Positions 37,929-47,694 of a stretch of 64,000 nt of DNA are shown in pieces. Source of the stretch: a bacterium (lineage in GTDB: Bacteria > Patescibacteriota > Patescibacteriia > UBA10025). The DNA lies in NCBI GenBank assembly GCA_021815445.1, contig JAKAGM010000001.1, positions 595,710 through 659,709 on the forward strand. The letters are read 5' to 3'. Every line of letters starts with the position of its first letter. The stretch's first letter is position 1. The translations under genes and the position numbers were made by a program. The notes beneath the pieces are model-generated. The model saw nothing but the letters and a program-made list of their open reading frames with translations. It made no database searches and had not been told where the DNA came from.

Positions 37929-39962
37929 CTATTGACATATGCCGCCAGGACATCCGCTGCCCCCAACCGGACACTGGGTACGGCAATATCGTATGGGGGC
38001 ATTGAGACCGTTGCACCCGGCGCTGCCGCCTGGGTACTCCGAACCTAATGTATTGTCTGTGCAGCATGTATATCCCGCCCCTACAGGACATCCGGCATAT
38101 ACTTCATGAATTGCAGGGACACTATATTCGCCGTTCGAGAATACTCTGAGCGAAACGAAATAACTCGAGCTTACCCCCGACGGATACGTGTGAATTGGCC
38201 TCTCGACCGTGCCTCCTTGCGCTGAGCCGCAAGCGGGCAGATTGGCGGGATCGCTATCGCATATCGCCGATCCATCGCCGAAATTCCAACTATACGTGTT
38301 CGTGCCCAGGAGGCCGATAACTGCGGTGCTTGTGAAAGTAAACGTATGCTCGGTCCCGGGGGGAATCGATTGGGTCCCGGCGGGCGCAATGGTAAAATTA
38401 GCCCGCGGAATCAGCTCTGCATAAATGCTTGAATCGCTGCACGCCTTGCCGTTTACATCCGCATTGCACGCCCTGAGCGTCATTTTAGTCTTGCCGGTGG
38501 AAATCTTATCCTGAAAATAGAGAAAATAGTTTTTTCCTGGGACAATATTACCGCAGGTTGATGCAGGCAATTCACCGGAATCAAGGGCTCCCGTAACGTT
38601 GACGTCGCCGTAAAAGATCTGACAGGTATATGTGCAGCCGGGAGCTGAACATTTGTTAGTCGAAAAATCCCAATAAACAAGATACCATTGGGAAGTATGA
38701 TATGGGGTTACGGTAAAATCGTTTTCATGGATGGTCCCGGCCATTTGAATACCGAGTTGCGCTATAGGCGCAGATGTCGGTGCGCACGTCATGTGATCAA
38801 TATAATCCTTATAGAACACAGTTAACCGGAACTCAGCAGGAGCCGCAGGCAAAATGTCGTTGGTAATGCTAAAGGCGCCCAGCGGGGCAGAGCCATCAGC
38901 CGTGCATTCCTGATATTTCAAGTTTGCCGCTGTCGCAGGATGAAAATCGTGGAGATTGCCTGAGGAATCTTTATACTGGGCGATATATCCTCTTACGACT
39001 GTCGTATCATCGAGAAATCCCGTCCCCCCCGTTGAAACGGGGCCGATGTTCCACTGGGCAGTGGCTCCGCCGGCTATCTGGCCTCCCGTACAACCGGCGC
39101 ATATTGCGTCCTTTGAGCTCAGGATAATCGTTTTGAAACCTTCTTTGTTGGCGGGATCAGCAAGGGCGCTATCCTGCACCGAGGGGGCATTCACGGTCGT
39201 GGTGATAAAGTTTGTTCCTTGGATAGTCAGTGTTTGAAGGTTGAGCGGAACTTTGGTGGAAGGATCAGCGTCTCCAACGGTAAATCCAGCGGGCCCCTGC
39301 ACTTGAGTATTGTTATCAACTGAAAGTTTGCCATAAAAGGTATTCAGGCCGTTCGGATCATTTTTGACAGCGACATTTCCGGTGAAGTGCGCCGCATCCC
39401 CAAGCGGGTTTACCCCATAGATTCCCGCACCCCCGGGCCCGGATGCGAATCCAAAAACGCCGATACCCTTAGTGAACCCGCTTCCATCACCCGATACCCC
39501 CGCCCCTGAATCCATGGTCGTTTCACCATATACGCCCGCTCCCCCTGCCGCGCTTGACTCTCCATATACGCCGTAAAGGCTCGATCCCCCAATCGCCATG
39601 AGTGACACATTATCTATAAAAATTCCCGACCCTATTCTAAGCATGTCAGCATGTGAATTCCCGTGTACGCATAACATCACTGAAGGGTCGCAATAAGCTG
39701 GATCAGAGGTACCGACTGTAAGCGGGCCGACTCGCGCCTCCGCGTTGCCCCCATACCCGGGGTTATTTCCGGAGTAGAGCGGATCATCGAGCTCTTGGTT
39801 GCCTATGCCGGTCGGCGGCGCAAAGGACGGCTCCACCCACTGTTGCGCCCGCGCAACATACTGGGATACTCCGATCCCCAAAACAATGATTCCAACCACA
39901 GCACAAAAAACGATCGTCGCATGGGGCGTTCGTAATCGTTTTGTGATACCAGTACGTAGCAT
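37929..39962 (-). CDS. Secreted protein, ~677 aa, paralog of the previous gene (PKD-like, Cys-rich tail)
   Basis: QWVEPSFAPP; GVYG repeats; YSWNFGDG...PIHTY; start uncertain (39962 or 40019). Confidence 0.85.
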   Translation of the reverse strand: MLRTGITKRLRTPHATIVFCAVVGIIVLGIGVSQYVARAQQWVEPSFAPPTGIGNQELDDPLYSGNNPGYGGNAEARVGPLTVGTSDPAYCDPSVMLCVHGNSHADMLRIGSGIFIDNVSLMAIGGSSLYGVYGESSAAGGAGVYGETTMDSGAGVSGDGSGFTKGIGVFGFASGPGGAGIYGVNPLGDAAHFTGNVAVKNDPNGLNTFYGKLSVDNNTQVQGPAGFTVGDADPSTKVPLNLQTLTIQGTNFITTTVNAPSVQDSALADPANKEGFKTIILSSKDAICAGCTGGQIAGGATAQWNIGPVSTGGTGFLDDTTVVRGYIAQYKDSSGNLHDFHPATAANLKYQECTADGSAPLGAFSITNDILPAAPAEFRLTVFYKDYIDHMTCAPTSAPIAQLGIQMAGTIHENDFTVTPYHTSQWYLVYWDFSTNKCSAPGCTYTCQIFYGDVNVTGALDSGELPASTCGNIVPGKNYFLYFQDKISTGKTKMTLRACNADVNGKACSDSSIYAELIPRANFTIAPAGTQSIPPGTEHTFTFTSTAVIGLLGTNTYSWNFGDGSAICDSDPANLPACGSAQGGTVERPIHTYPSGVSSSYFVSLRVFSNGEYSVPAIHEVYAGCPVGAGYTCCTDNTLGSEYPGGSAGCNGLNAPIRYCRTQCPVGGSGCPGGICQ

Positions 39963-40137
39963 GATATCAAGAAATAATATTTGTTTTCCTCCAAAAAAAA
40001 TATGATGCCTGCCCATCATGTTGACACAACACTTGCAATATGGTGATAATGACGGTGGACAGCTACAGCTTAGAGGCGTTCATGAGGGCAGAAATCGAAG
40101 AAAAGATTGCTTCCATTGTAACATATTTTGCACTGCT

Positions 40138-40602
40138 ATGTCAACGGAGAACAAAGAGAAAGGGGCCAGAAAAATCGATCTTCTTTTCGTGGTCGCTTTT
40201 ATCGCTCTTGCGGTGTTTGTGGGCACCCTGCTGTTCGTAAAAAATCAACAAGGAAAGAAAACTGCGAACACAAACCAGCAATTGCCCTCAACACTTCAGC
40301 AGGCGCAGAGCATCTCTGGAAAGATAGGGTCAATCGATCCGAGCGCGAAAAAGATGGCGTTTGAAGCCGACGTGAAAGATTCCCAGAACGCAGGGAAATT
40401 TGTAAAAAAGACATTCACCGTCGAGTTCGACAGCGCCACAGTCATGCAGAAGCGAAATACGGCGCTTCTCCCCGCTAATGATGCGTATTCCCCGCTTGCG
40501 CTGACCGACCTCACAGTCGGCCAGACCATCATTATTTCCACAAAAGACAATCCGCTCGCCAAAGATGTCCTCCATGCATTAACGATGAATTATTATTACT
40601 AA
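40138..40602 (+). CDS. Membrane-anchored protein with OB-fold-like (DUF5666-like) domain
   Basis: N-terminal TM; ISGKIGSID...LTDLTVGQTI; start moved to ATG 40138. Confidence 0.75.
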   Translation: MSTENKEKGARKIDLLFVVAFIALAVFVGTLLFVKNQQGKKTANTNQQLPSTLQQAQSISGKIGSIDPSAKKMAFEADVKDSQNAGKFVKKTFTVEFDSATVMQKRNTALLPANDAYSPLALTDLTVGQTIIISTKDNPLAKDVLHALTMNYYY

Positions 40603-40632
40603 TCAACGGTTAATTATTAACTATTTTTCGCT

Positions 40633-41190
40633 ATGAATATCGTACTTTGGATTCTTTTCGGAATCATCGCGGCCATCATCCTATGGTTGATTGCCGTGTA
40701 CAACGGCCTCATCCGTCTGCGAAACCAGACTGATGAAGCGTGGGCGGACATCGATGTGCAGTTGAAGCGCCGCTATGACCTTATCCCCAATCTGGTCGAA
40801 ACGGTCAAAGGGTACGCGACCCACGAGCGTGAGCTTTTTGAAAAAGTGACGCAAGCCCGGGCAGCGGCCATGGGCGCGCAATCCGTGCAGGACAAGGGCC
40901 AGGCTGAGAATATGCTCGCCGGTACGCTGAAATCGCTTTTTGCCGTCGCTGAGAACTACCCGCAGCTGAAAGCGAACGAGAACTTCGCCAAATTGCAGGA
41001 CGAACTCTCTGATACCGAGAATAAAATCCAGGCAGCGCGCAGATTCTACAACGGCAATGTCCGCGACTTTAATACGAAGATACAAGTCTTCCCGAACAAC
41101 ATGATTGCCAGTTCTTTGGGCTTCAAGAAATACGAATTCTTCGAGATAGCAGAAGAAGGTCAGCGGGAACCGGTCAAAGTCAGCTTCTAG
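40633..41190 (+). CDS. lemA: LemA family protein
   Basis: IDVQLKRRYDLIPNLVETVKGYA, AENYPQLKANENF, ARRFYN. Confidence 0.96.
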   Translation: MNIVLWILFGIIAAIILWLIAVYNGLIRLRNQTDEAWADIDVQLKRRYDLIPNLVETVKGYATHERELFEKVTQARAAAMGAQSVQDKGQAENMLAGTLKSLFAVAENYPQLKANENFAKLQDELSDTENKIQAARRFYNGNVRDFNTKIQVFPNNMIASSLGFKKYEFFEIAEEGQREPVKVSF

Positions 41191-41323
41191 TTAATAGGAG
41201 TTGTAGAAATCTCGAGCGCAGCTCTCTGTTCGGTGCTTGTTATTGTCATTCCGAACTTGATTCGGAATCTTTATCGAGCATGTTCGAAACCTATCAAGAT
41301 AGAATAATTTCCATCGTACCTTT

Positions 41324-42217
41324 ATGACAATCTATACTCATATTACAAGCAACAAGCGAAGATCACTGGTTTTAATGCTCCTCTTTTTTGCCATTATCAT
41401 CGGCCTCGGATACACCATCGACCAAATCCAAGGAACGGGAAGCTGGTTCTGGGTTGTCATTGCGCTACTCTATGGAATTGGAAGCGCGCTCGTAGGATAT
41501 TATTCCGGAGATAAAATAGCACTCTGGACTTCAGGCGCCCAGCCGATATCGAAAGAGGAAAATCCTTATCTGGTGAGGATGGTGGAAAATCTCGCCATCA
41601 CTTCGGGACTTCCCATGCCCAAGGTCTATGTCATCCCTGACGACGATATCAATGCGTTTGCCACGGGTCGCGATCCCCAGCATGCCTCCCTTGCTGTTAC
41701 TCAGGGCGCGATATCGAAGCTGGAAAATGAAGAACTCGAGGGCGTTATAGCCCACGAACTTTCGCATATCGGCAATTATGACATCAGATACATGACGCTC
41801 GTTATCGTCCTCGTCGGAACTGTCATGGTGCTCTCGGACATGTTTTGGCGGGTGAGATTTCTGGGTCGGGGCGGAAATAACAGGAATAACGGCGCCGGCG
41901 GTGTCATATTGCTCATCGGGGTGGCGCTTCTCATACTGTCACCGCTTTTTGCCGAGCTGATAAGGCTTGCCGTATCGCGTAAACGGGAATATCTCGCAGA
42001 CGCTTCCGGCGCATTGCTGACCCGATATCCCGAAGGACTCGCCCGTGCGCTGGAAAAAATTGCCCGCGAAGGAGCACGCATCGAGCGTGCGACCCGTTCG
42101 ACTGCCCACCTATATTTCGCGAACCCGCTTTCCTCAGGCGCCTCAAGTTTATTTTCTACTCACCCGCCCATTGAGAAGCGCATTGACGCATTGAGAAAAA
42201 TGGCGGCGGGGCAGTAA
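41324..42217 (+). CDS. htpX: M48 zinc metalloprotease HtpX
   Basis: NAFATG, HELSH, SRKREYLAD, STHPP. Confidence 0.95.
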   Translation: MTIYTHITSNKRRSLVLMLLFFAIIIGLGYTIDQIQGTGSWFWVVIALLYGIGSALVGYYSGDKIALWTSGAQPISKEENPYLVRMVENLAITSGLPMPKVYVIPDDDINAFATGRDPQHASLAVTQGAISKLENEELEGVIAHELSHIGNYDIRYMTLVIVLVGTVMVLSDMFWRVRFLGRGGNNRNNGAGGVILLIGVALLILSPLFAELIRLAVSRKREYLADASGALLTRYPEGLARALEKIAREGARIERATRSTAHLYFANPLSSGASSLFSTHPPIEKRIDALRKMAAGQ

Positions 42218-42299
42218 TTGATTTTTTTATAAAACATCTGGTTTAGCGAAGCGGAGGCTTCGCGTATTTAATATACCAAGGCACCAGCCGAGCAAAACC

Positions 42300-42536
42300 C
42301 TCCCACCACCTGAACTTGATTCATCACAGCAATATTTTACTATACCACCACTCCGGGTTTGCCGGTCCGCCTCCCATTCAGGGCCTGTCTTCGACTCCGA
42401 GAGTCTCAGACTCGAGGAGAGACCCTTCAGGGTCGAATGACTGGAGGGACCCGGAGTCTCATTGTTATATTTCGCTATGCTGAGATTCTTCCCCTTCGCT
42501 TTGCTCAGGGTCAGTACCAAAGGTTCAGCATGGTGT
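42300..42536. repeat. Cluster of nested palindromic REP-like elements
   Basis: 42448-42536 is an inverted relative of 18350-18426, carrying an inserted CCCTTCGCTTTGCTCAGGG hairpin. Confidence 0.65.
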
Positions 42537-42607
42537 ATATCGCAGAGATAAAAAAACGCCGTGCAGAATTCGCGCGGCGGTCCCAAGGACAGAGAACAAA
42601 TGCGCTG

Positions 42608-42916
42608 CTACCCGGCGAGGTTGAGGAAGTAGTTGACGTCCAGCGGCTCCGGAGGCGGGTCGTCATCAATGTTCACGAGCCGTAACTCGTCATCAGTGAT
42701 TTCCCCCATGACATCGTGTAAAACCTCCATCCTCAAGTTGGCTTCATCCACTGCGACACCTTCGTGCGGATCCTCCCCTCCCAACTCATTCCTGTCACGG
42801 AAGATCTTCAGGCGATTGAGAGAAGTTGAGTAAAACACCACTCCAACTTTCTTGTCGTCCTCTCCCAGATCAGGGTCCCCTAGTTTGTTCATAACGGAAA
42901 GCAGATTGTACAACAT
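42608..42916 (-). CDS. Acidic hypothetical protein, 102 aa (stand-alone cassette)
   Basis: GAGGAGG SD; TTGACA-17-TATTCT promoter (42977-43005); hairpin plus T-run at 42551-42579. Confidence 0.7.
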   Translation of the reverse strand: MLYNLLSVMNKLGDPDLGEDDKKVGVVFYSTSLNRLKIFRDRNELGGEDPHEGVAVDEANLRMEVLHDVMGEITDDELRLVNIDDDPPPEPLDVNYFLNLAG

Positions 42917-43060
42917 TGTTTGTTTTCCTCCTCTGTTTTCTCCGGAAGTGAAACTGTATTTTGTTTATGACGGGAAAGAATACACGGTTTCGAAGAAAAT
43001 GTCAAGCCCTTGATCTCGCCCCGTAAATGGCGTATACTGAGCAATACGACAAAAAAAGAT

Positions 43061-45565
43061 ATGGACAGGAAAATACTCAATAAATTCAGCACCAACCTGA
43101 AGAACGCGTTGCGACAGGCAAACATCATCGCCGCGGAACTAGGGCACGGCGTTGTGAACCCCGAGCACCTGCTTTTTGGGCTGAGCATGCAGCGCGGAAG
43201 CATCGCGTCCGAGATCCTCTCAAAAGCCGGCTTGACGAACGAGAAAATCAGGAGAGTTATTGTAGAACACAACCAAATTGTCCTGCCCGCCGAGCACGTA
43301 GACCAGGCGCGGATTGCGAAGAAACTTTCTGACGACGCGAAACGGGCGATAGAAAAAGCCGCGCTCACCGCGCACCAGAACAAGCATAAGTACATCGGCA
43401 CAGAGCATCTCCTCCACGCGTTGCTTCAGCTCAAGACGGAAACGCTCAACGCGCTCTGGCACATGTACATGATAAATACCGGCGACCTGGTATCGAATCT
43501 TGGCACGGTAATGAAAAGTACGTCCCGCTTTCCCGACCTCACACAGCTTTTCGAGCAGGCAAAAGAATTCGAAAAAGTGGAGACTACCCGCAACCGTTCG
43601 AAGGCGCCGGCCCTGGACTTTTTTACGACAGACCTGACGAACGCCAAAATGCAAAAAAGTATCGACCCGGTCATCGGCAGGGAAAAAGAGATCGAGCGTC
43701 TCATCCACATCCTTTCACGCAGGACCAAAAATAACCCCGCTCTCATCGGGGATCCCGGCGTAGGAAAAACGGCGATTGTCGAGGGGCTCGCGAAAAAAAT
43801 TGTCGAGGGCCAGGTGCCCGATGTCCTGCTCAACAAGAAAATTTTGAACCTCGACCTTGGGTTGGTGGTGGCAGGCACTATTTACCGGGGAGAATTCGAA
43901 GGAAGATTCAAACAAATTCTCGATGAAATCAAATCTGACCCCAATATCATCCTTTTTATTGACGAGCTGCATACTATCATCGGCACCGGTTCAGCCGCGG
44001 GATCGATGGACGCGGCGAATATCCTAAAGCCCGCGCTCGCAAAAGGCGAAATTCGCTGTATCGGGGCCACAACGATGGATGAATACCGCAAGCACATAGA
44101 ATCGGACGCGGCGCTGGAGCGGAGATTCCAGCCCATCATTGTCGAGGAGGCCACGAGGGACGAAACGCGCCAGGTACTCCATGGCATTAAGGAAAATTAT
44201 GAAAAGTACCACCATGTGGAAATCAGCGATGAAGCGATAGACGCTGCGGTGGACTTGAGCGCGAGATACATCCAGGACAAGCAGCTTCCCGATAAGGCCA
44301 TCGACCTTATCGATGAAGCAGCGTCGAAACTTAAAGTGAAACATTCAAGCGACGGGGCCGTTCGCGAGATTAGGTCCACGGAAGAACAGCTATCCAAGGT
44401 CCGCAAAAAGAAGCATCTCGCGGTAAACAAGGAAAAGTTTCAAGAGGCCCTGGCGATCAAAGGCGAGGAAAATACCCTGCTCGAGCGTCTGGCGACTCTC
44501 AGGGAACGGCAGAGCTCGGAATCAAAAAAAATACTTGCGACTGTCACTCACAAGGATGTCGCCGAGATTATCTCGCGCATGACAGGCATCCCGCTCCAGG
44601 ACCTTGTAACCACTGAACGTGAGCGGCTGATCAACCTCGAGAAGCTGATGGGTGAAAAAATTATCGGGCAGGATGACGCGTTACAGACTATCGCTGATTT
44701 CATCAGGCGTTCCCGTGTCGGCCTGACCAACCCGAACAGGCCGTTGGGCTCCTTTATCTTCCTGGGCCCTTCCGGCGTGGGAAAGACCGAGACGGCAAAA
44801 GTGATCGCGCGCCTGGTCTTTGAGGATGAAAAAGCATTGATACGCATCGACATGTCAGAGTTCGCCGAAAGCTTCAATATCTCGAAATTGATCGGCGCCC
44901 CGGCAGGATACGTCGGGTATAAAGAGGGCGCCAAACTGACGGACGCGGTGAGGCGGAAGCCGTACTCTGTCGTCTTGCTCGATGAGATAGAAAAGGCGCA
45001 CCCTGAAGTATTCAACATTCTGCTCCAAGTGCTTGAGGACGGCCACCTCACCGACGCCGTTGGGAAAAAAGTGAACTTCAAGAATACCATCATCATCATG
45101 ACATCGAACGTCGGAGGTGAGAACCTCAGGCGCGGCGCTGAAATCGGTTTTGACGCTAAGACGGCGAACGACGCAAAGGCGGCGCTGAAAAAATTCGACG
45201 GGATCCGCGAACAGGTCATGAAGGATCTCGAACAGCGTTTCCGCCCCGAGTTTCTAAACCGCATTGACCAGATTATCGTTTTTAAACCTCTGACCCTGCC
45301 GACAGTCGAACGGATCGTGACGAATGAATTGAAGGAGTTGGCCGGCCGGATGAAAGAAAAAGCGCTTGATCTGCAGTGGAGCCCTTCAGTAGTCAAACAT
45401 ATAGCTGAAATCAGCTTTTCTCCCGAGCAAGGGGCGCGCGCTGTGAGAAAGAAAATCCAGGAATTCGTTGAAACTCCTCTTGCGCAGGCTCTTTTGAAAG
45501 GGCGCTATAGCCCGCAGAGCACTGTGACGCTCAAACTGAAGAATAAAAAGATCGAGCTCGGATAG
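43061..45565 (+). CDS. clpC: ATP-dependent Clp protease ATP-binding subunit
   Basis: Clp N repeats; GDPGVGKT and GPSGVGKT; UVR-like middle coil; start moved to ATG 43061. Confidence 0.95.
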   Translation: MDRKILNKFSTNLKNALRQANIIAAELGHGVVNPEHLLFGLSMQRGSIASEILSKAGLTNEKIRRVIVEHNQIVLPAEHVDQARIAKKLSDDAKRAIEKAALTAHQNKHKYIGTEHLLHALLQLKTETLNALWHMYMINTGDLVSNLGTVMKSTSRFPDLTQLFEQAKEFEKVETTRNRSKAPALDFFTTDLTNAKMQKSIDPVIGREKEIERLIHILSRRTKNNPALIGDPGVGKTAIVEGLAKKIVEGQVPDVLLNKKILNLDLGLVVAGTIYRGEFEGRFKQILDEIKSDPNIILFIDELHTIIGTGSAAGSMDAANILKPALAKGEIRCIGATTMDEYRKHIESDAALERRFQPIIVEEATRDETRQVLHGIKENYEKYHHVEISDEAIDAAVDLSARYIQDKQLPDKAIDLIDEAASKLKVKHSSDGAVREIRSTEEQLSKVRKKKHLAVNKEKFQEALAIKGEENTLLERLATLRERQSSESKKILATVTHKDVAEIISRMTGIPLQDLVTTERERLINLEKLMGEKIIGQDDALQTIADFIRRSRVGLTNPNRPLGSFIFLGPSGVGKTETAKVIARLVFEDEKALIRIDMSEFAESFNISKLIGAPAGYVGYKEGAKLTDAVRRKPYSVVLLDEIEKAHPEVFNILLQVLEDGHLTDAVGKKVNFKNTIIIMTSNVGGENLRRGAEIGFDAKTANDAKAALKKFDGIREQVMKDLEQRFRPEFLNRIDQIIVFKPLTLPTVERIVTNELKELAGRMKEKALDLQWSPSVVKHIAEISFSPEQGARAVRKKIQEFVETPLAQALLKGRYSPQSTVTLKLKNKKIELG

Positions 45566-45621
45566 AAATTTTAGTTTTTAGAACTTAGCTGCATCCCGCC
45601 TTCACTATTCTTACAGAAGGT

Positions 45622-46338
45622 ATGTTGGCTGTATTTGTAGAGAAAATTATTAACCTCGTTTTTCCCCTCACCTGCATATCATGCGAACGCGAGGGCGCTT
45701 GGATATGCGCTGACTGTCGAGAGCGAATCCCCTATGCGACAAATCTGTTGTGTCCGAACTGTTTCACATTTTCGCCAGGGGGATATTTCTGTACTGATTG
45801 CAGGAAGAAATCTTCGCTCGACGGACTCTGGATCATCAGCTCGTATGAATACCGGGCCGTCAAAGACCTCGTTCATATGCTGAAATACAGCGGAGTGACG
45901 TCAGTACTCGACGATATTCAGAGGATCGCGCAGCCTGCCCTGCGGCATTTGGCTGAGGCCAGCGAATCTGTGCGGCGGGTTTTTATGCCCATCCCCTTGC
46001 ATGAGAAGCGATTGCGCGACAGAGGATTCAATCAGTCAGCGCTGCTTGCAAAAATGTTTGCTGTATGTTTGAATGGACGGTACGTTGCTGACGGCCTCCT
46101 ACGTACAAAAGAAACCGGCTCGCAGGCGTTGCTCTCAAAAGACGAACGCATAACTAATGTTCAGGACGCATTCACGGCCTCATCGGCGTTGGCCATCTCG
46201 GGCAAACATGTTATGCTGGTGGATGATGTCGCGACTACCTGCGCCACCCTGCAGGCCGCGGCTCGCGTTCTTCGACAACACGGCGCACGAACTGTGTGGG
46301 GGCTTGCAGTCGCCCGCGGGACACTTTCTCAGCTCTGA
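45622..46338 (+). CDS. comF: ComF family protein (double Zn ribbon plus PRTase)
   Basis: Four CxxC motifs, RGFNQS, LVDDVATT. Confidence 0.93.
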   Translation: MLAVFVEKIINLVFPLTCISCEREGAWICADCRERIPYATNLLCPNCFTFSPGGYFCTDCRKKSSLDGLWIISSYEYRAVKDLVHMLKYSGVTSVLDDIQRIAQPALRHLAEASESVRRVFMPIPLHEKRLRDRGFNQSALLAKMFAVCLNGRYVADGLLRTKETGSQALLSKDERITNVQDAFTASSALAISGKHVMLVDDVATTCATLQAAARVLRQHGARTVWGLAVARGTLSQL

Positions 46339-46392
46339 TTGTTACCGGCGTAAAACTGCATCCCATGCAAACATTGATAATATTTTTTCTAT

Positions 46393-46484
46393 GGAGAGGT
46401 GGCCGAGTTGGCTGAAGGCGGCAGGTTGCTAACCTGTTATGCGGGGTTAAACCCGCATCGCGAGTTCGAATCTCGCCCTCTCCG
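46393..46484 (+). tRNA. tRNA-Ser(GCT), CCA not encoded
   Basis: Acceptor GGAGAGG/CCTCTCC; anticodon arm around TTGCTAA; long variable arm; GTTCGAATC. Confidence 0.95.
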
Positions 46485-46656
46485 AATGAACAAAGTAAAT
46501 GAGGGAGGGAGCGGCACAACTGCTTGTGCCGCGTCGAGATGAGAACGCCGGAGCGATGCGCGACGAGCGTGCGGGCGAGGAGCGCCGCGAGGCGGTGGCT
46601 AGACCGAGGTGCCGGAAGGCACCGAGAGTCGAAGCCGAATCTCGCCCTCTCCGAAT
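46467..46656 (+). mobile_element. 148-nt structured element flanked by a 21-bp direct repeat of the tRNA-Ser 3' end
   Basis: CGAATCTCGCCCTCTCCGAAT at 46467-46487 and 46636-46656. Confidence 0.7.
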
Positions 46657-46664
46657 ACCAATGT

Positions 46665-46753
46665 GGAGAGATGCCGGAGTGGTCGATCGGGGCGGTCTTG
46701 AAAACCGCTAGGGCGAATAACCCTCGGGGGTTCGAATCCCTCTCTCTCCGCCA
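46665..46753 (+). tRNA. tRNA-Ser(TGA), CCA encoded
   Basis: Acceptor GGAGAGA/TCTCTCC; GCGGT-CTTGAAA-ACCGC; long variable arm. Confidence 0.95.
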
Positions 46754-46859
46754 AAATACATGAGCATTGAGCGACTTAAGCAGCTTGAGTCGCTGCACCA
46801 AAGTGATATCGTGGTAACTAAAAAACAATAACGCCCTACTCATAAAGGGCGGGCGTTTT

Positions 46860-47372
46860 TTACCGTTTAAAATCTGTAAAAGATTCCGGGCGTAAAAGAC
46901 TTATCTCAAAGTGACATGCGGTAGGCGTACATTGTTCAAATGGGCGTCCGTTGAGATTTAATAATTCAGTCAGTTCACCGTACACGATGTACATTTTCCC
47001 ATCGTCAAGCTTTTTTGAAATTTCATTGTTGTATAGATAAATTTTGTATGAGGAATTATTAATGTCCTCCAGATACGTGGCCGTCGGATTTGAACACGGC
47101 GGGACCAAGCATGCCACAGAGTCAGCTTTTTTAATGGCCTTCCCTTTAACCGTTACTTTCTTGCTTAATGAAGGGTTTGGATTTTGCGTGTCAAATTTTT
47201 CTATGGTATCAAAATAGTATTTAACATCATGACTTCCTTTATCATCTGTTACTGCCAGGTTAACCCCTGTGTTATTTGGCAGCGTGACGGTTCTGGGTTT
47301 TAACAGGAAATAACTAAAAATAATAAGTAGTATAACCCCGGCTCCGGTCAATACATATTTTGAATACTTCAT
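46860..47372 (-). CDS. Membrane-anchored hypothetical protein (AT-rich)
   Basis: N-terminal TM; two CxxxxC motifs. Confidence 0.75.
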   Translation of the reverse strand: MKYSKYVLTGAGVILLIIFSYFLLKPRTVTLPNNTGVNLAVTDDKGSHDVKYYFDTIEKFDTQNPNPSLSKKVTVKGKAIKKADSVACLVPPCSNPTATYLEDINNSSYKIYLYNNEISKKLDDGKMYIVYGELTELLNLNGRPFEQCTPTACHFEISLLRPESFTDFKR

Positions 47373-47694
47373 ATTTACAGTATACACAACATTGATGTAA
47401 TATCAAAATGCTTGATGCGCGGCGTTGCAAAAATGTGCCAAGGTAAACAGGGCTGTCGACTTATCCAGTTTGACTCGCGCGCTGCAACAAGCGCTCAAGG
47501 CGCGTGTTTAAAAAAGCCCCAATAGACCGAGCTCTTAAAGCGCCTAACTTTAATGCACCGTCAAGCTTAGACTCAATGCGATTGACGGATCTCGTTCACA
47601 AAATAATTTCTTTCGTTAAGACAAGTAAAATTGGAGTCCGACGCTTGACACAATCGGAAAAATTGTGTAAGATGTTCTGATTTTCAATAACGCA

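Noticed and set aside
40040-40115. Possible riboswitch in the leader of 40138..40602
   Set aside because: Only one weak hairpin is visible and no recognisable aptamer consensus.
44548-45396. 282-aa antisense ORF in clpC (similar ones in pilM, ligA and recG)
   Set aside because: Typical antisense shadows arising from codon bias in conserved genes.
46235-46843. 202-aa minus-strand ORF
   Set aside because: Antisense to two tRNA-Ser genes and the repeat element.
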